Assembly (NCBI RefSeq): GCF_018350175.1
Contig: NC_058368.1
Span: 159,838,001-159,902,000 of the forward strand
Length of the DNA stretch: 64,000 nt
From: Felis catus
Taxonomy: Eukaryota
Reading direction: 5' to 3'
Shown one piece after another: positions 11,981 to 25,947 of the stretch; the first letter of the stretch is position 1, and each line of letters starts with the position of its first letter. A program made the position numbers and the translations under genes. The notes under the pieces are model-generated. The model was not told the origin of the DNA, did no database searches, and saw nothing but the letters and a program-made list of their open reading frames with translations.

Positions 11981-12620
11981 TTGACTTTATTTTTTTAAGA
12001 GAACATTTACACTTTGTAGCATCCAGGAGATTGTAGGTTTATATACAGTTTGTCAATAAACATCCTTAAGGAAATGCAGAATAACTTAGTACCTGGATTT
12101 TCTCTTGATATTCTTATCCTATAGCTGTACTAGAATCAAGTAAAGGTGTTTTAACTAATGCTATAAATTTAGGGATCCCTACGTAAGGTGTGGAACCTTA
12201 ATCATGGTTTTGTGCTTTCCAAAGCGAATGAGTTATACACTTAGCAAAATCAAAACAAAGTTCACATCTTTAACTTGGCCTTAGAGCAGAGGAATCTTGC
12301 TCAAAATCTATAAACAATAGCAAAGTGATCAAATACTCCGTTTAATTTTAACATGAGAATACTGGGCTCAGACTCATGTTCCCTCATAGAGGTTCACGAT
12401 TTAAAGTTTTAAGGTAACTGATTGCGTGCAGTTTTTCTCCCAGTGGCTTAATTTGTGAGGGAAAAAGAAGCACAATGCAACCCTAGTTCTGAAGGCTTTC
12501 TTAAAATAGGAGTGTATGGAATAGAACAAACTGTTCCCAAAGGACAGTGTCATTTTCTCATGTAGCTCAGGAAGTTATGAAGCGTTTAAAAAACGTTTGG
12601 TGTTATCTTTTTTCTCATAG

Positions 12621-13129
12621 GTGACTGCCAACAGCCGGCCCAATGTCGAATCCAGAAATGTACCACGGACTTTGTGTCCCTCACTTCACACCTGAACTCT
12701 GCCATTGATGGCTTTGACTCTGAGTTTTGCAAGGCCCTGCGTGCCTATGCTGGCTGCACCCAGCGAACTTCAAAAGCCTGCCGTGGTAACCTGGTGTACC
12801 ATTCTGCTGTGTTGGGTATCAGTGACCTCATGAGCCAGAGGAACTGTTCTAAGGATGGACCCACATCCTCTACCAACCCCGAAGTGACCCATGACCCTTG
12901 TAACTATCACAGCCATGCAGGAGCCAGAGAACACAGGGGAGGGGACCTGAGCCCTCCCAGTTACCTTTTTTGTGGCTTGTTCGGAGATCCTCACCTTAGA
13001 ACTTTCAAGGATCACTTTCAGACATGCAAAGTGGAAGGAGCCTGGCCACTCATAGATAATAATTATCTTTCAGTTCAAGTGACGAATGTGCCCGTGGTCC
13101 CTGGATCCAGTGCTACTGCTACAAATAAG
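12621..13129 (+). CDS. RGMB: RGMB coding exon (509 nt): RGM N-terminal domain, GDPH autocleavage site, start of vWF-D-like domain
   Basis: Acceptor tcttttttctcatag|G; translation [28 protein letters not shown]...[12 protein letters not shown]...ATATNK; GDPH codons at 12983-12994; donor AAG|GCAAGT. Confidence 0.97.
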
Positions 13130-13803
13130 GCAAGTATACTTTTTTCTTTCTTATAACTTGCAGATGTTTGATTCTTCAGACAATTTTTGAAGTATGATAC
13201 AAAAGACAGTTTAAAAGGAACTTTTTCTTGTTCTTGGCATGCAATTAACAGGGTGAATGAAAGATTAAATGAAAATCATTTAGTAAAGAATTTCTCTGGA
13301 ATTCTAGGCTTATGTAAAATGTGGGTCTTAGTACAACTAAGCAGTGATATGCAAAAAACAAAAAACACCGAAGTTGAGTTCTCTATGGAAAAGGCAGGCC
13401 TGTTTGATGGGAAAATGTATACTTTTTTTTTTTTTTCTGTGAAGTCTTTTGACTGTGTCTCTTGCTGAAGAAATCCATGTTCCTATTTATCAGATGACCA
13501 AAGTGGGTGTTCCAAGTAAAGAAAGCTATCAAACCTGGGGCAATAACCCATCGGGAAACATATTTTATTGGAAATTTGGAAGCTATAGTAAAATGTAATG
13601 GCTATAAGCCAGCTTCCCAGTGGCAAAGCCACAATTGTGTTTTAGTTATTAATGTTGCCGTGACCAAGGAATTTTAGAATTGGCTATTGTGGAGCAGTGA
13701 TGTATAATCCCTGTTGTAATCTCAGGATAACATTTTAATTAAGCTGGGGGGAAAACTGACAAAATTAAGTTAAGCTTACCCTGCGTAGCTGCCCTTGTCT
13801 GCA

Positions 13804-13805
<2 letters not shown>

Positions 13806-13846
<41 letters not shown>
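13806..13846. repeat. (TG)~20 microsatellite
   Basis: Direct reading. Confidence 0.95.
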
Positions 13847-13850
<4 letters not shown>

Positions 13851-16800
13851 GCGTTAAAGAAGCTAATGCCAAATAGAGATCATTTGAACCAACTTTAAGG
13901 CACCACAGTGCAACTAGGTGAAGGGCTATGAACTGGATTCCCAGTTGGCAGTCAGTGCTAATTCAGGCATTAGTAAGTAAATACAGAGGTCAAAAAAGGT
14001 TTTCCAGAAAAAAAGACTGTCCCAAATAACCAGCTCCTTCCCTGTCTCTCCCAACTACAAAATCACACATACAGGCTATCTCATCTTGTTCATTTTCCTT
14101 TATCTGTTCATCAGTTGGTTTGGTCTGAAAGATAATTGACAAGGATCAAGCTTTTGTAATAGTTATGACGGCTCTTTTGATTCCAGGACACCCTCCCTTG
14201 CCTCTAAACACGTGTGGCATATTTTTAAGTGAATTTAAATGATTTTACTTGGCATTTTGTGGAGGTAATTTTACAACCCCTCCAGAGATAGCTGGAGACA
14301 CCCAGGGGTGTCACAAATCTAAGATTAGAAGTCACTGCTCTGAACAAAGAAGTCTGTTACATTAGTCCAGACATTTTAGGTGGACTCAAAAATGTTTATG
14401 CTTTAACTCCCAATAAAAGCCCAGGCTTGCCTTTCCAAATCCTGCATCTCAAGTAAACTTTACCTCCTCCTCTGGTTTTTATAAGCATGCAAATAATTTT
14501 TCTTGTCTATATATTAAAATAAGTATCAGCTGTAAGTTATGGTAGACAGGTACACAATTATGAACTTATAACACAAATCATGGCCAAAAATCCATCATTG
14601 CTGCAGAGTCATAGTGCATAAAACCTGGGGATAGTCTTTGGGAAAATATGAGACTAAAGATTCAAGAAGGCAGTTCCACTGGGAATGGAGAGAGTCATCA
14701 TTGATCGTGTAGATAATTGAGGGTTTAGAGGGCCTTCACAATACCTTTGAGATTAGTAAGTGCTTTGTGCACAAGAAAATATTGGTTCTTTTCACAAGCC
14801 CTAAATTTAATTTTCCATGCCTTCCATCCAATCACGTGTCACGTCTACTTGTTACTTAGCCTTTCAAAATTCTATACTTTTTACTGATTGTGGTGAAATA
14901 TTTGGGGACAATGAATTTTGTTATGAGTATTAATATTACATAAATGGAACAATTGACACTGAAGTATTTTAGGTCATTCCATTTCAGTTGTGATTGAATT
15001 TGTCATAGTTTTTAGCAAATAAATAAAAAGTACAACTTTGCTTTCTCCCTCAGTTTTGTAATGATCAGAAGTTTCACCCATTCCAAAAAGGATGTGGGAG
15101 AAAAACCGTCCTCTGACTTAAATTCAAGCAGACAATGAGAACGCATGGTCTTTAAGTGCACTGCTGGAAAGTAGTTCTCCACATCTGGTGACCATGCTTT
15201 TCAGCAGCAGTTGACTCCATGGCTTTGCGACCTCTGGTAGTTGTGTTGTTTTGTTTTGTTTCCCTTCTACTTTTTTCAACTCTCTGCAAAGCCCCCCAAA
15301 ATATCTGGAAGGTTACTGCCAAAGATCTGTCTCAATGCTGATATGATCTGTGCTGGTGAAACACAACTAAGGGCCTGAAATTTTGCAGCACAATTTCCTT
15401 TTACCTACCCAGGGCCAAAATAAAACCTTTAAAAATTTTTAAGCAATGAAAAAATGATGGTAATAAAAATAAAAATGCTCTGAAGCAAAAAGAACGTAGG
15501 AAATAAGTTCCAAAAAAGATCTGATTGGTTTTTTTTTCCTGATGTCTACTGTAATACTTTCTTAAAAAATCTTTCAGAAGATTTTTTTGCATGAGTCTCA
15601 GCTTTACTGAGACCTCAAAGAGGTACATAGACCAGCTCCTTAATAACTTAGCACTGCACATTGGAGTTACTGTATCATCCTTGGGGTCAACCATTTTTAA
15701 TGACGTATGTGCTCAGTGTCACTAGATTTAACAGCTGACCAATGCTATGGTAGAGGCTAGCCAACTGTGCTGCTGAAATTGTTGTATGTAAGCACTTATT
15801 CATTTCACTGTCTTCAGCTATGAACTGAAGCACTGACCCCAGTGTTAAGCTCAGTGAGAGCCTAGAGATAATTTCCTCAGTCCTGAGAACCTGGCTTCTT
15901 GAGCAAGCCATCTTGTAGTCATCTTTGTGATCTCTACCTGCCCCTTAGTACCTTTCCATCCTCACAGAAAGAAAAAATGTAGGGGGAAAAAATCTAAACG
16001 CAATGAAAGTGAAGTCATCTCTATTCAAGGGATCATTTATTAGCTAAGGCTTTTTCTTTGTCCACATAGCAAGCATTGAGTTTAGGGCAGCTAGACTTGC
16101 AGTACTCAACAATGTGGCCTCATCCACTGTCATCTACTTTCTGTCCTCCTTCCCTGGGAAACTTAGGGTGGTTTTCCAGTTGATCATGATGGGCACAGAT
16201 ATGCCTCCTCTAGGCTACTCTTGTTAGGCCCTCCACCAGCCCGTCTCCCTCTCTTCAGAGGAGTCTTGTGCGGTCGCTACCTTGCCAGGAAGGTGTGTGT
16301 GTCGCTAATGCGGAGGCCAGGGCTAGCTTTTTATCCCCACCCAGGGGCTTGAGGGGTTTCTGGCACAGCTGCATGCCTTGGCTGAGATCCACACCAGCTC
16401 AGAGCTGTCTTCCCCACCTTTGGCTGTGAGCAGCGGCTTCAGGCCTGCAGGCCCTGGAGAAGAGGAATGAGAGGGACAGGCTTAGAACTGGCAGAATTGG
16501 CTAAATAGGGAGGGGAAAAAAAAAAAAAAAAAAGCAGTTTTTGTTTTGGGGGAAGAGGCGGCCGCACTATTTAGGCTCCAAAAAGGACACATGTGCATAG
16601 CTCTCCTGGGCCTCAGACAAATACGCCAGATCATCTGGAGAGAATTCTGTTCAGTACCATCTCTTGCCCATTCTCTTTGCCAGCTCCTTCATCTCCTGTT
16701 CACTTCACTCTGTATATCTGTGTATCTCTGTTTAAGTGGACTTAGGCTTTGTGCCATGGTTGCAGAAGGCAATTTTGGAGTAAATTTGATGAAAAGATTC

Positions 16801-18825
16801 TTTACTTCACAAATGTATTCCTAGTAGCCTAAACAATGGGAATACTTTTTAAAATGATTTCTTACAAGTACTTTGGATACCTTAGCTCTATTTTTCAATT
16901 TATTTTAATGTAATCTTGTCTTTGTGCATCACTCTGGCTTTGTCATCCTGTCCTTCAGTCTCAATAAAACAAAATTGTAAGTAGGAGGGGAGATTGGAGA
17001 TGACGGCAAGTGCCTTTATAGATTGCTACAGAATTTTCCATGCTTCCTCCTTTAGTGAGAGAAGGCGGTTTACCTTAAGGTGTTTGCATTTGGGAAAGAG
17101 GTATGTTCTTCGTCTTGGCCAAGCCAGGTGACTGTTGGCCAGGTGGCTGAGCACCCTGAGGTGCCTTGTATGTTCCGTGGGCTTCCAGCTCCTGGTAATC
17201 CTGTTGGCAGTAGTACTTAGCGCCTATCCAAAGCATGGGAGGAAGAGGCCATGCCCAGCAGCTAGTTACTTATTTATTAAAGTCCATAATTATCCCTAAT
17301 TCTCAAATTCCAGCTACTTTCTGGGAAATTCCTAAAAACTTCCACTGGTTGATGATACTAGAGATATAGGAAGACTTAGATTGTTGGGTTCATTCTTGCT
17401 TTCTGTCTCCTTCAAACTATAATCCGAAGTGCATCACTGAGGTAAAACATACTTGCTTGTGGGGCCCTAGAGCATGGTTTGGGTCCTCTCCTCCTCTCTG
17501 ACGCCCATTCACATGTAGCTGTTGTTTCACAGCAGTACGTGGGCACGTAAACCAGTGTTTTGGATCATTTTCTGTTGGTTACAAAATCAAAGCAAGATGT
17601 GCCTGCATTTCAAAGGCTCTCAACTGTCATGTTAAACATATCTCCGGATCAAGGTCAGGAAGACTGTCCTCTTTTGAACCCAGGCCTAGTACATCTTTGT
17701 AGCCAAGTTTTTGCCCCCGACCCCACCCCATTATGTTTTTAGTATCTTTACAGAGATAGTCTGAGCTAAACAATAATGATCATTCTTATTTTTATTGACT
17801 AAGGAAGATGCCTCATACTCCCATAGGCAGGATTGTATTTTGAATATATGGACACTGTTCTTGCATGCTGGCTGCATTATTAGAGGGGACAGTGGCATTT
17901 GCTTTGTGAATATAGAAGCCTTTGCTTCCAGAGATCAGAAACTTCCTTGCAGGTGACTAACTTTTAAAGGCTGAAATTTCTCTTTATTTTGTTGTGATTA
18001 TCTTTTATGCAGGTAATTCTTGCCATCTCTTTAAGATTGCTCCTTGTCCTAGCATTTGCAGAAATGCTGTGGGGGGGGGAAAGTAAGAGTGATTGAAGCA
18101 TATTGGGGAACAGATGGGAAAGAAGTGTGCAGTTGTAGCTCCCTGCTCAGTGTAATCATTTCTCTCCTAAAGTGTATGATTAACTTAGCGCTGCATTTGA
18201 ACCACCGAGCTTTACAGGGCCTACCATGGGGTGGTGAGGGAGATGCAGAAGTGGTATCAGTCTCTGTCTGGGTGTAAGCACATAGCACATCAGCCGTTGG
18301 TGGAGAATTGTGGGGCTTGTGTGTAGAACTAGCCACTCAGGGTTTCTTTCTAGAACATCAGTGGCCCACATTCATAAGCTGGTTGCAGATGTTCCTACTT
18401 AGCAAGTTGTCACAGGTGTCAACAAGGGCCAGAGAGGTGGGCTGCTCGCTGTACCCAGGGCATACCCCTTCCCCTGGTCACTGTCACAGGTCACCGGTTC
18501 TACTCCTGGTATTTGGCACAGTCTCCCTTTCCACCCACTATTGACAACGTGGCCCCTCTCTCGAACCTGCATTTCCTTATTCCCTTATACCCTAGAAGGA
18601 TCTAGAACCCTGGCTGCCACTTTTGAAGGTTGTTGGTCTTTAAAAACCAAAATAACGTTCCAGAGTTTTTTTAATAACTTTCCAGAATTTGACATCAGAG
18701 TCACCAATTCTTAAATTTATTTTTCTGGGTCCCATCTCATGAAACCCATGAAAGCATATCTTAGATAACCTTCTCCTCCCTGACTTTATTTACTACTTGT
18801 AGAAACAAGATTGAAACAGTAAACA

Positions 18826-19045
18826 GGGTGCCTGGCTGTCAGTTAGGTGTCTGATTCTTGATTTGGGCTCAGGTCATGATCTCACAGTTCATGAATTCAA
18901 GCCCTGCATCGGGCTCTGCGCTGACAGTGTGGAGCCTGCTTGGGATCCCCTCCCTCCGTCCCTCCCTCTCTCCCTCTCTCTCTTTCTCTCTGTCTTTCTC
19001 TCTGCCCCTGTCTTGCTCTCCATCCCAAAATAAACTTTTTTTTTA
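18826..19045 (+). mobile_element. SINEC (older, diverged)
   Basis: tRNA-like head, CT-rich body, aaaataaac tail; imperfect TSD aaacagtaaa. Confidence 0.9.
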
Positions 19046-20330
19046 AGAAGATGAAAACAGTAAATAGTTTTTAGAAGAGAAGTCAGCTATAATTCCAGGT
19101 GGTTGTGTTCTTCCTTTGTCCTTTTCTGTTTCCTGCCTAGTTCCTGTTTGTACTGGATTATAAGGTCTTAGGCCCAGGAGCTACTCAACTTTGCTTCATA
19201 CGGGTTCAGCAAATTTCTTGGAGGGAAACGGAGTTCTAAATATATGTAAGGGGGAAAAGAAGGAGAAGAAATTATTAGCTGTGTGGTTTATCTTTTAGTG
19301 TAAAAGATCATTCTGTAAGATGAATGGGCCTGCCTTGGTGGTTCTTTATGCCATTCTTGCCATACAAGCTACATCATCCTATTGTTATGTGCATTAAAAT
19401 CCTCTGGGTCCTAGTCTTTTACCATCTCTGTTCTGTAGAATGAAGAGACTTAGAAGAGTTAGTAGAAACCATCTAAAATTGTATAAAGTTTGTACCTGCA
19501 TATCTTTTAAGCCCTGTATTTTGAGTCCTCCTTCTCTATGCCCCTCCCTCTGTCCCAGCTGTGGTTTAGGAGGAGGAGACCTTCAAAATATCCTCCATTT
19601 GTAAATGAAATGAACACAAGTCCTGTGCTAGCTGGGCAGGACTCCCTGCACTGCTTATGGGCCTCTGCTCCTTTCAAACAGATCCACGATCCTCCACAGC
19701 TTAAACCAGAGGCCAAGTCTGATACACAACTGACAGAACTTCTTTCACTGTCACATTTCTAGCTGCCCTGTTAAATTTTCTTTGGGTCAACATTTTGAGA
19801 GGAAGGGGTGAGAAGGAAACACCGGATGGTTGGTACTTTTTTATGTTGGCTTCAATTAATGCTACCCAAACAGTTTCTGCCTATGTGGAATGTGGCACAT
19901 AAAAAGAGTTACCCTACAGTGCCGAACAATGAAAAATCTACCTTACCCATCTTGTCTTTATTTGTTTTGACTGCAGTAGAACTTGCTCTTCCACTGTTTT
20001 GAATTTTGTGTTCTCGTGGGTGGGGTAACTTCAGGACTCTGTAAAATGCTCAACTTAAGCGATAACTAACAAGCATAGCAGCACACATCTGAGGTACAGA
20101 ACTGAACTGGACAGGCTTCCGGTGAAAACACAGTGCTGTTAATTGTAGAAAGAGCTTTTGGTGAAACTGGGTCTCTGGCAAGACGAATTCTTTGTGTCCT
20201 AGTGAGCCGGTTATTTTAAGAGTTGAAGCTAAAAGAATGTTTGGCTAATTCTGGTGGGGTTCTGTGAGTGTCAGAACATTGCATGTGTGCTACGGTAGAT
20301 TGATAATGATGGCATTTAAACACTAAATGC

Positions 20331-20564
20331 GGGGCGCCTGGGTGGCGCAGTCGGTTAAGCGTCTGACTTCAGCCAGGTCACGATCTCGCGGTCCGGGAGT
20401 TCGAGCCCCGCGTCAGGCTCTGGGCTGATGGCTCGGAGCCTGGAGCCTGCTTCCGATTCTGTGTCTCCCTCTCTCTCTGCCCCTCCCCCGTTCATGCTCT
20501 GTCTCTCTCTGTCCCAAAAATAAATAAACGTTGAAAAAAAAAATAAATTAAAAAAAACAAAACA
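20331..20564 (+). mobile_element. Young full-length feline SINE (SINEC_Fc-like)
   Basis: ggggcgcctgggtggcgcagtcggttaagcg head with CpGs largely intact; perfect 13-bp TSD aaacactaaatgc (20318-20330 and 20565-20577). Confidence 0.95.
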
Positions 20565-22058
20565 AAACACTAAATGCCCCTCAGCTCTGCATTTTCTCCT
20601 GAAATGAGGGGTCAGGGTTTAATCTTTATACCTAAAGGTATGTTCAAGTGTGCCCGCGTGTCCAAGTTTGCACTCGGTGGTGTTGCTGACTTCCTCTCTC
20701 TAGCCTCACGCACATGAAGACCAAGGCTATTGCTTGTAGCATTTCAGTTAACTGACTTCTTGAAATACATGGTCATCACCTCCAGCCACCTCTTTCGTGA
20801 ATGGGCTTTTTTTTTTTTTTTTAATAGCCCTGGGAACTTGAAATTGAACCTAGAAGTGGTAGAGAGTGAGTGTATTGTAAAGACCTTCAGACCCTTTTAG
20901 TTTTCAAATCATTTCTCAAAACTGAAAAATGATCGGAAGCTGTGATTTCCTAATCCCCATAGGTTTGGGCAATAACTCTGCTGAACCAAGGCCTAGGGCA
21001 TTGGCCAGAGGTTCTGCTCTAGGGTCTCAGGATCTATGGCACTGCCCCCTCCCCCTCTTTGGAGGGCAATCTGCAAAGGCAAGACCTGCTAGGGCAGATT
21101 CCTGCCCCTAGAGTTATGCCTCCAGCCCTGGCTCTCACCTTTCAGAATACTTCTGGCCTCTGGTCTGAAGCACAGTGGCAGTGGAGGCCTGTAACACTGT
21201 CCACACATGCTTAACTTCACATCTAGAAACATGACTTGACTTCTTACACTTGGTGGCCTCATCATAATGCAAAATCTGAATACAGCAACCAACAAGTGCC
21301 ATGTTGAGTCCTCTGAGTGGCTAAGACTTGAGGACTAGATGCCCTCCCTCCTCATGCCCAGCCTAGCCTTGCTCTGCTCTGTACAAGGAAGCTGGCCTAT
21401 TTCACTGTCTCGGAGCCTATTTATACTTAGAGCCTTCCTTGTTTTAAGTACACAGAAGTTACTCTTTGGAAGTCTATATTTTTGTGCCTGTCTCTTTTAT
21501 GTGTCATCCCTGGGCCTGCTTCCCTTTCACTCTTGCATATTCTTTCCAGCCACTGAGATTAATGCTTCTCCCCTGGACCACCCTAGCAGCCTCAGCTGTG
21601 GGTGTCCTTCGCCTCTGGTTTGGTTTCTTCTTTCTCCATCCGCTGCCAAGAACCCCTCCAGCAGCCAAGGCAGCCCTTGTTCCTGCATGTATTACCTGGG
21701 GCAACACTGAAGAATAAATAAGTCTGATCCATTCCATTTCTCTGGAATCCTGGAAGTGCGCCTAGAACAGAGCTCTGTGGAAAGAGATTCCGAGGGTAGA
21801 GAAACCTATTTTGATACCTCTTTTGAAGGTAAGAGGCCTCATTCCAGCCCTAAAAGAGGAGTCCGCCACCCTCCTCTTACACATGTATACTGTCTTTCTG
21901 CTAGTACCTAAAAAAATACACTTTTGTAGGTCTTAGGTTCAGCTTTCTTGTATGTAGATACCTGATGTATAGGTTAAGTCGTCATTTTAGAATTACATAT
22001 CAGTTACTGACCATCTCAACATTTTCCCCTAAATACTGTATATAATATTCTCCTGTGT

Positions 22059-24270
22059 CTTTTTTAATTCAAGTATACTTCACACACAATGTCATATTGC
22101 TTTCAGGTATACAACGTAGTGATTTGACAACTCTATACGTTATACAGTGCTCACCACGATAAGTATAGTCACTATCTGTAACTGTACGACGTTATTACAT
22201 CCTTATTGACTGTAATCTCTGTTGTACTTTTCATCTCCATGAGTTACTTATTTTATAACTGGAAGTATATACCTCTTAATCTCCTTTATATTTCACCCAT
22301 CCTTCCACTGCTACCACCACCCCGCCCCCAGCAACCACCAGTTTGTTCTTTGTATTTTGAGTCTGTTTGTTTCTTGTATTACAGGTATAAGTGAAGTTAT
22401 ACCGTGTTTCTTTCTCTGACTTATCTTACTTAGGATAACACCCTCTTTATCCATTCTACTTTCAGTAGACACTTAGGTCACTTCCAAATCTTGTTTATTG
22501 TAAATAATGCTGCAGTAAACATAGGGGTGCATGTATCTCTTTAAATTAGTTTCCATTTTTCTGGAGTAAATACCCAGCAGTGGAATTACCAGATGGTATA
22601 ATCTTTTATTTTTAATTTTTTGAGGAACGTTTATACCGTTTTTCCACAGTGGCTGTGGCACCTGGCTCCACCAGTTTACATTCCCACCCTTTTCTCTCCT
22701 ACTCACTAATACTTGTTAGCTCTGTCTTGGTGATACTAGCCATTCTACCTGGTGTAAGGTAATCTCTGATTGTGGTTTTCATTTGCATTTGCCTGATGAT
22801 TAGTGATGTTGAGCATCTTGTTATGTGTCAGTTGGCCATCTGTACGTCGTCTTTGGAAAAATGCATATTCAGGTCATCTGCCCATTTTTTAATAGGATTT
22901 TGTTTTTGGTATTGACTCATAGCTATAAGTTCTTTATATGTTTTTGAAAATTATTTTCTTACTAGATACACCGTTTGCAAATATCTTTTCCCTTACAGTA
23001 GATTGCCTTTTCATTTTGTTGGTTTCCTTCACTGTGGAAAACCTTTTTAGTTTGATGGAGTCCCAATAGTTTATTTTGGTTTTGTTTCCCTTGCCCAAGA
23101 AGACCTACGGAGAAAAATGTTGCTAAGGCCAACATTCAAGAGACTGTGGTCTATGTTTTCTTCTAGGAGCTTTAATGGTTTCCAGGCTCACATGTAAGTC
23201 TTCAATCTATTTTGATTTTATTTTTATGGTGTAAAAAGTGGTCCGCTCTTCCCAACACCATTTATTGAGAGACTGGTTTTTCCATTGTATGTTCTCGTGC
23301 CACTTTGTTATACATTAATTATCCATATAAGCATGGGTTTCTTTCTGAACTTTTTTTCTGTTCCGTTTATTTGCGTGTCTGTTTTTGTGCCAGTGCCATA
23401 CTGTTTTGATTACTACAGCTCTGTATTACAGTTTGAAATCAGGGATTGTGATGCCTCCAACTTTGTTCTTTTTCAAGACTGCTTTAGCTACCCAGGGTCT
23501 TTTGTGATTTCATACAGATTTTAATCCTAATTCCGTGTAAAATGCTGTTGGTATTTTGGTAGAGATTCCATTTAATCTGTAGATTGCTTTGGGTAGTATA
23601 GACATGTTAACAGTATTCTTCTCCATGAGCATAGTATATCTTACAGTGTATTTACTTTTTGTCTTCAATTTCTTTCATCATTGTTTCATAGTTTTCAGAG
23701 TAGAGGTGTGTCACTCGGTTAAATTTATTCCTAGGTTGGGGCGCCTGGGTGGCGCAGTCGGTTAAGCCTCCGACTTCAGCCAGGTCACGATCTCGCGGTC
23801 CGTGAGTTCGAGCCCCGCGTCAGGCTCTGGGCTGATGGCTCAGAGCCTGGAGCCTGTTTCTGATTCTGTGTCGTCCTCTCTCTCTGCTCCTCCCACGTTC
23901 ATGCTCTGTCTCTCTCTGTCCCAAAAAAAATAAATAAACGTTGAAAAAAAAAATTTATTCCTAGGTATTAATTTTGATGCAATTACAAATGGGATAGTTT
24001 TCTTAATTTCTCATTTTGAGAGCTTCTTAGTAGTATATACAAAGGCAACGATCTCTGTATATTAATTTTGTATCCTGCAACTTTATTGGATTTAATTTTT
24101 CTAATAGGTTTTTTGTTAAATCCTTAGGGTTTTCTATGCATAGTATCATTGTCATCTGCAAATAGTGACAGTTTTACTTCCTCCTTACGAATTAAGAATG
24201 ACTTATCTTTCTTGTCTGATTGCTGTGGCAAGAGTGGACATCCTTATTTTATTCCTGATCTGAGAGGAAA
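22059..24270 (-). mobile_element. 5'-truncated carnivore L1 (ORF2 3' part plus 3'UTR), antisense, in RGMB intron
   Basis: Typical antisense L1 text (e.g. gtggttttcatttgcatttgcctgatgattagtgatgttgagcat); no intact ORF. Confidence 0.92.
23738..23950 (+). mobile_element. Young SINEC_Fc-like element inserted in the intronic L1
   Basis: 16-bp TSD aaatttattcctaggt (23721-23736 and 23951-23966); nearly identical to the SINE at 20331. Confidence 0.95.
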
Positions 24271-25443
24271 TTGACCCTGAGAAATAAAGAGTAGATATTT
24301 TGGCCCTAGAGATAGAGCTTGTGAATGTTTTCCTTTGAAGCATGTACCCTTATTGGAGTGGTTTATTTTTGCTCACACCAGAGGACTTAATGTAGAGGCT
24401 GTGTGCCAATTTATCTAAGTAAGGGTAAAAGGGGATGTGAGCAGTGGTTCTCTTATCCTCCTTTATAGGTGCCTTTTTTTTCCAACCTATAATTGCACCC
24501 AGAGGATCTAATGAAGCAGACATATCAGCTGATGATGCGAAATAGAATTAATCTTAGCTTCCTTTAACACAAACAGAATTTTAACCAGGTACTTATCAAA
24601 ATTGTGTTTCTCTGTGTTCTTTCCTAATTTCTGGGACTATTTCAGTTTCGTTGGTTGGCCCATCTTAATCCAAGAGATAGGAGTCCCTTGATCTGAGAGT
24701 CCAGTTCTGGAATTTGAGGATTCTGGTAAGGTTCTGCACTTACAGTGCTGAATAGCCTGACTAAACGCTGATGGTTATTTCTTCCAAAATACAATAAGCA
24801 CTAGTTAAGTGTACAGCCTTAAGGGAATTCTGCTGTTTGAAAACCTATGCACAGCACTTTGCAAAGCTGTTGAGCCTGGTGGAGCTCTTTCTCGATCTTG
24901 GCAAAGCTGGGCCTGGGTTTTCCTTTGTTGGTTACCTCATTTTCTTTTAATGCATTTTCTTTTCGTGGTGGAAAAGAGAGGCAGGTGCCCTTAAAGTTCG
25001 ATTTTTCACAGCAAACCTTAAATCCGTATATCACATGTAGAAAGGTTGATTTGTAGCTGCTATCTCTGTCTTCCTAATAGACCTTGTGGGTGGTAAAGAT
25101 CTTAGGGAGTGCAACATTAAAAATGAATGAGGAGTACCGGAGTAGTTTGTCTGAGGTAGGGGTTGAGAGGGACTTGGTGGGAAAGGTTTAACAAAAGGCA
25201 TTGATGTTTTAAATGCACAGAAATGCCATCCATCAATAATAAATGGTGTGGCGTAGAATAGATGTGCCAAATTGAGTTATTACAGCATATGGATCAGTTC
25301 ATGGATGGGGAAAAGTAAGCACTATAGCTGGTGTTTTTAAATTATCTGTTTGAGAGCTTTAGAATACAGTTTGGAATATCCTGTTTTCACCCTCTAATAG
25401 CTGCTAGTTGGCAGTTGAAAATGTTTGGAATGTCCAAAAATTG

Positions 25444-25480
<37 letters not shown>

Positions 25481-25487
25481 AAGAATT

Positions 25488-25700
25488 GGGGCGCCTGGGT
25501 GGCTCAGTCAGTTTAGTGTCCGACTTGGGCTCAAGTCATGATCTTGCAGTCCATGAGTTCGAGCCCCATGTCGGGCTCTGTGCTCATAGCTCAGAGCCTG
25601 GAGCCTGCTCCAAATCCTGTGTCTCCCTGTCTCTCTCTCTGACACTTCCCTGCCCACACTCTGTCTCTCTCAAAAATAAACATTACAAATATTTTTAAAA
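25488..25700 (+). mobile_element. SINEC
   Basis: ggggcgcctgggtggctcagtc head; aataagaat on both flanks. Confidence 0.92.
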
Positions 25701-25947
25701 AATAAGAATAAACAAATTTTGTTTTTCTAAAAACAAGATAGAATCTGAAAATTAATTTCTGGCTCCTCACAGCTGAGTGCCTTTTTTAAGAGCTTGAGTT
25801 GTAATTGTATAAGGAATGAAGTTACATTACAAAATATAAGTCACGTACAACTGTTGCCTGGTGTTTTCTTCACTCATGTTGATTATATCTCTAGGTACCT
25901 CTTCAGTACATACTCAAACTACAGGGAACCACTCAGGAAACCCCTCT

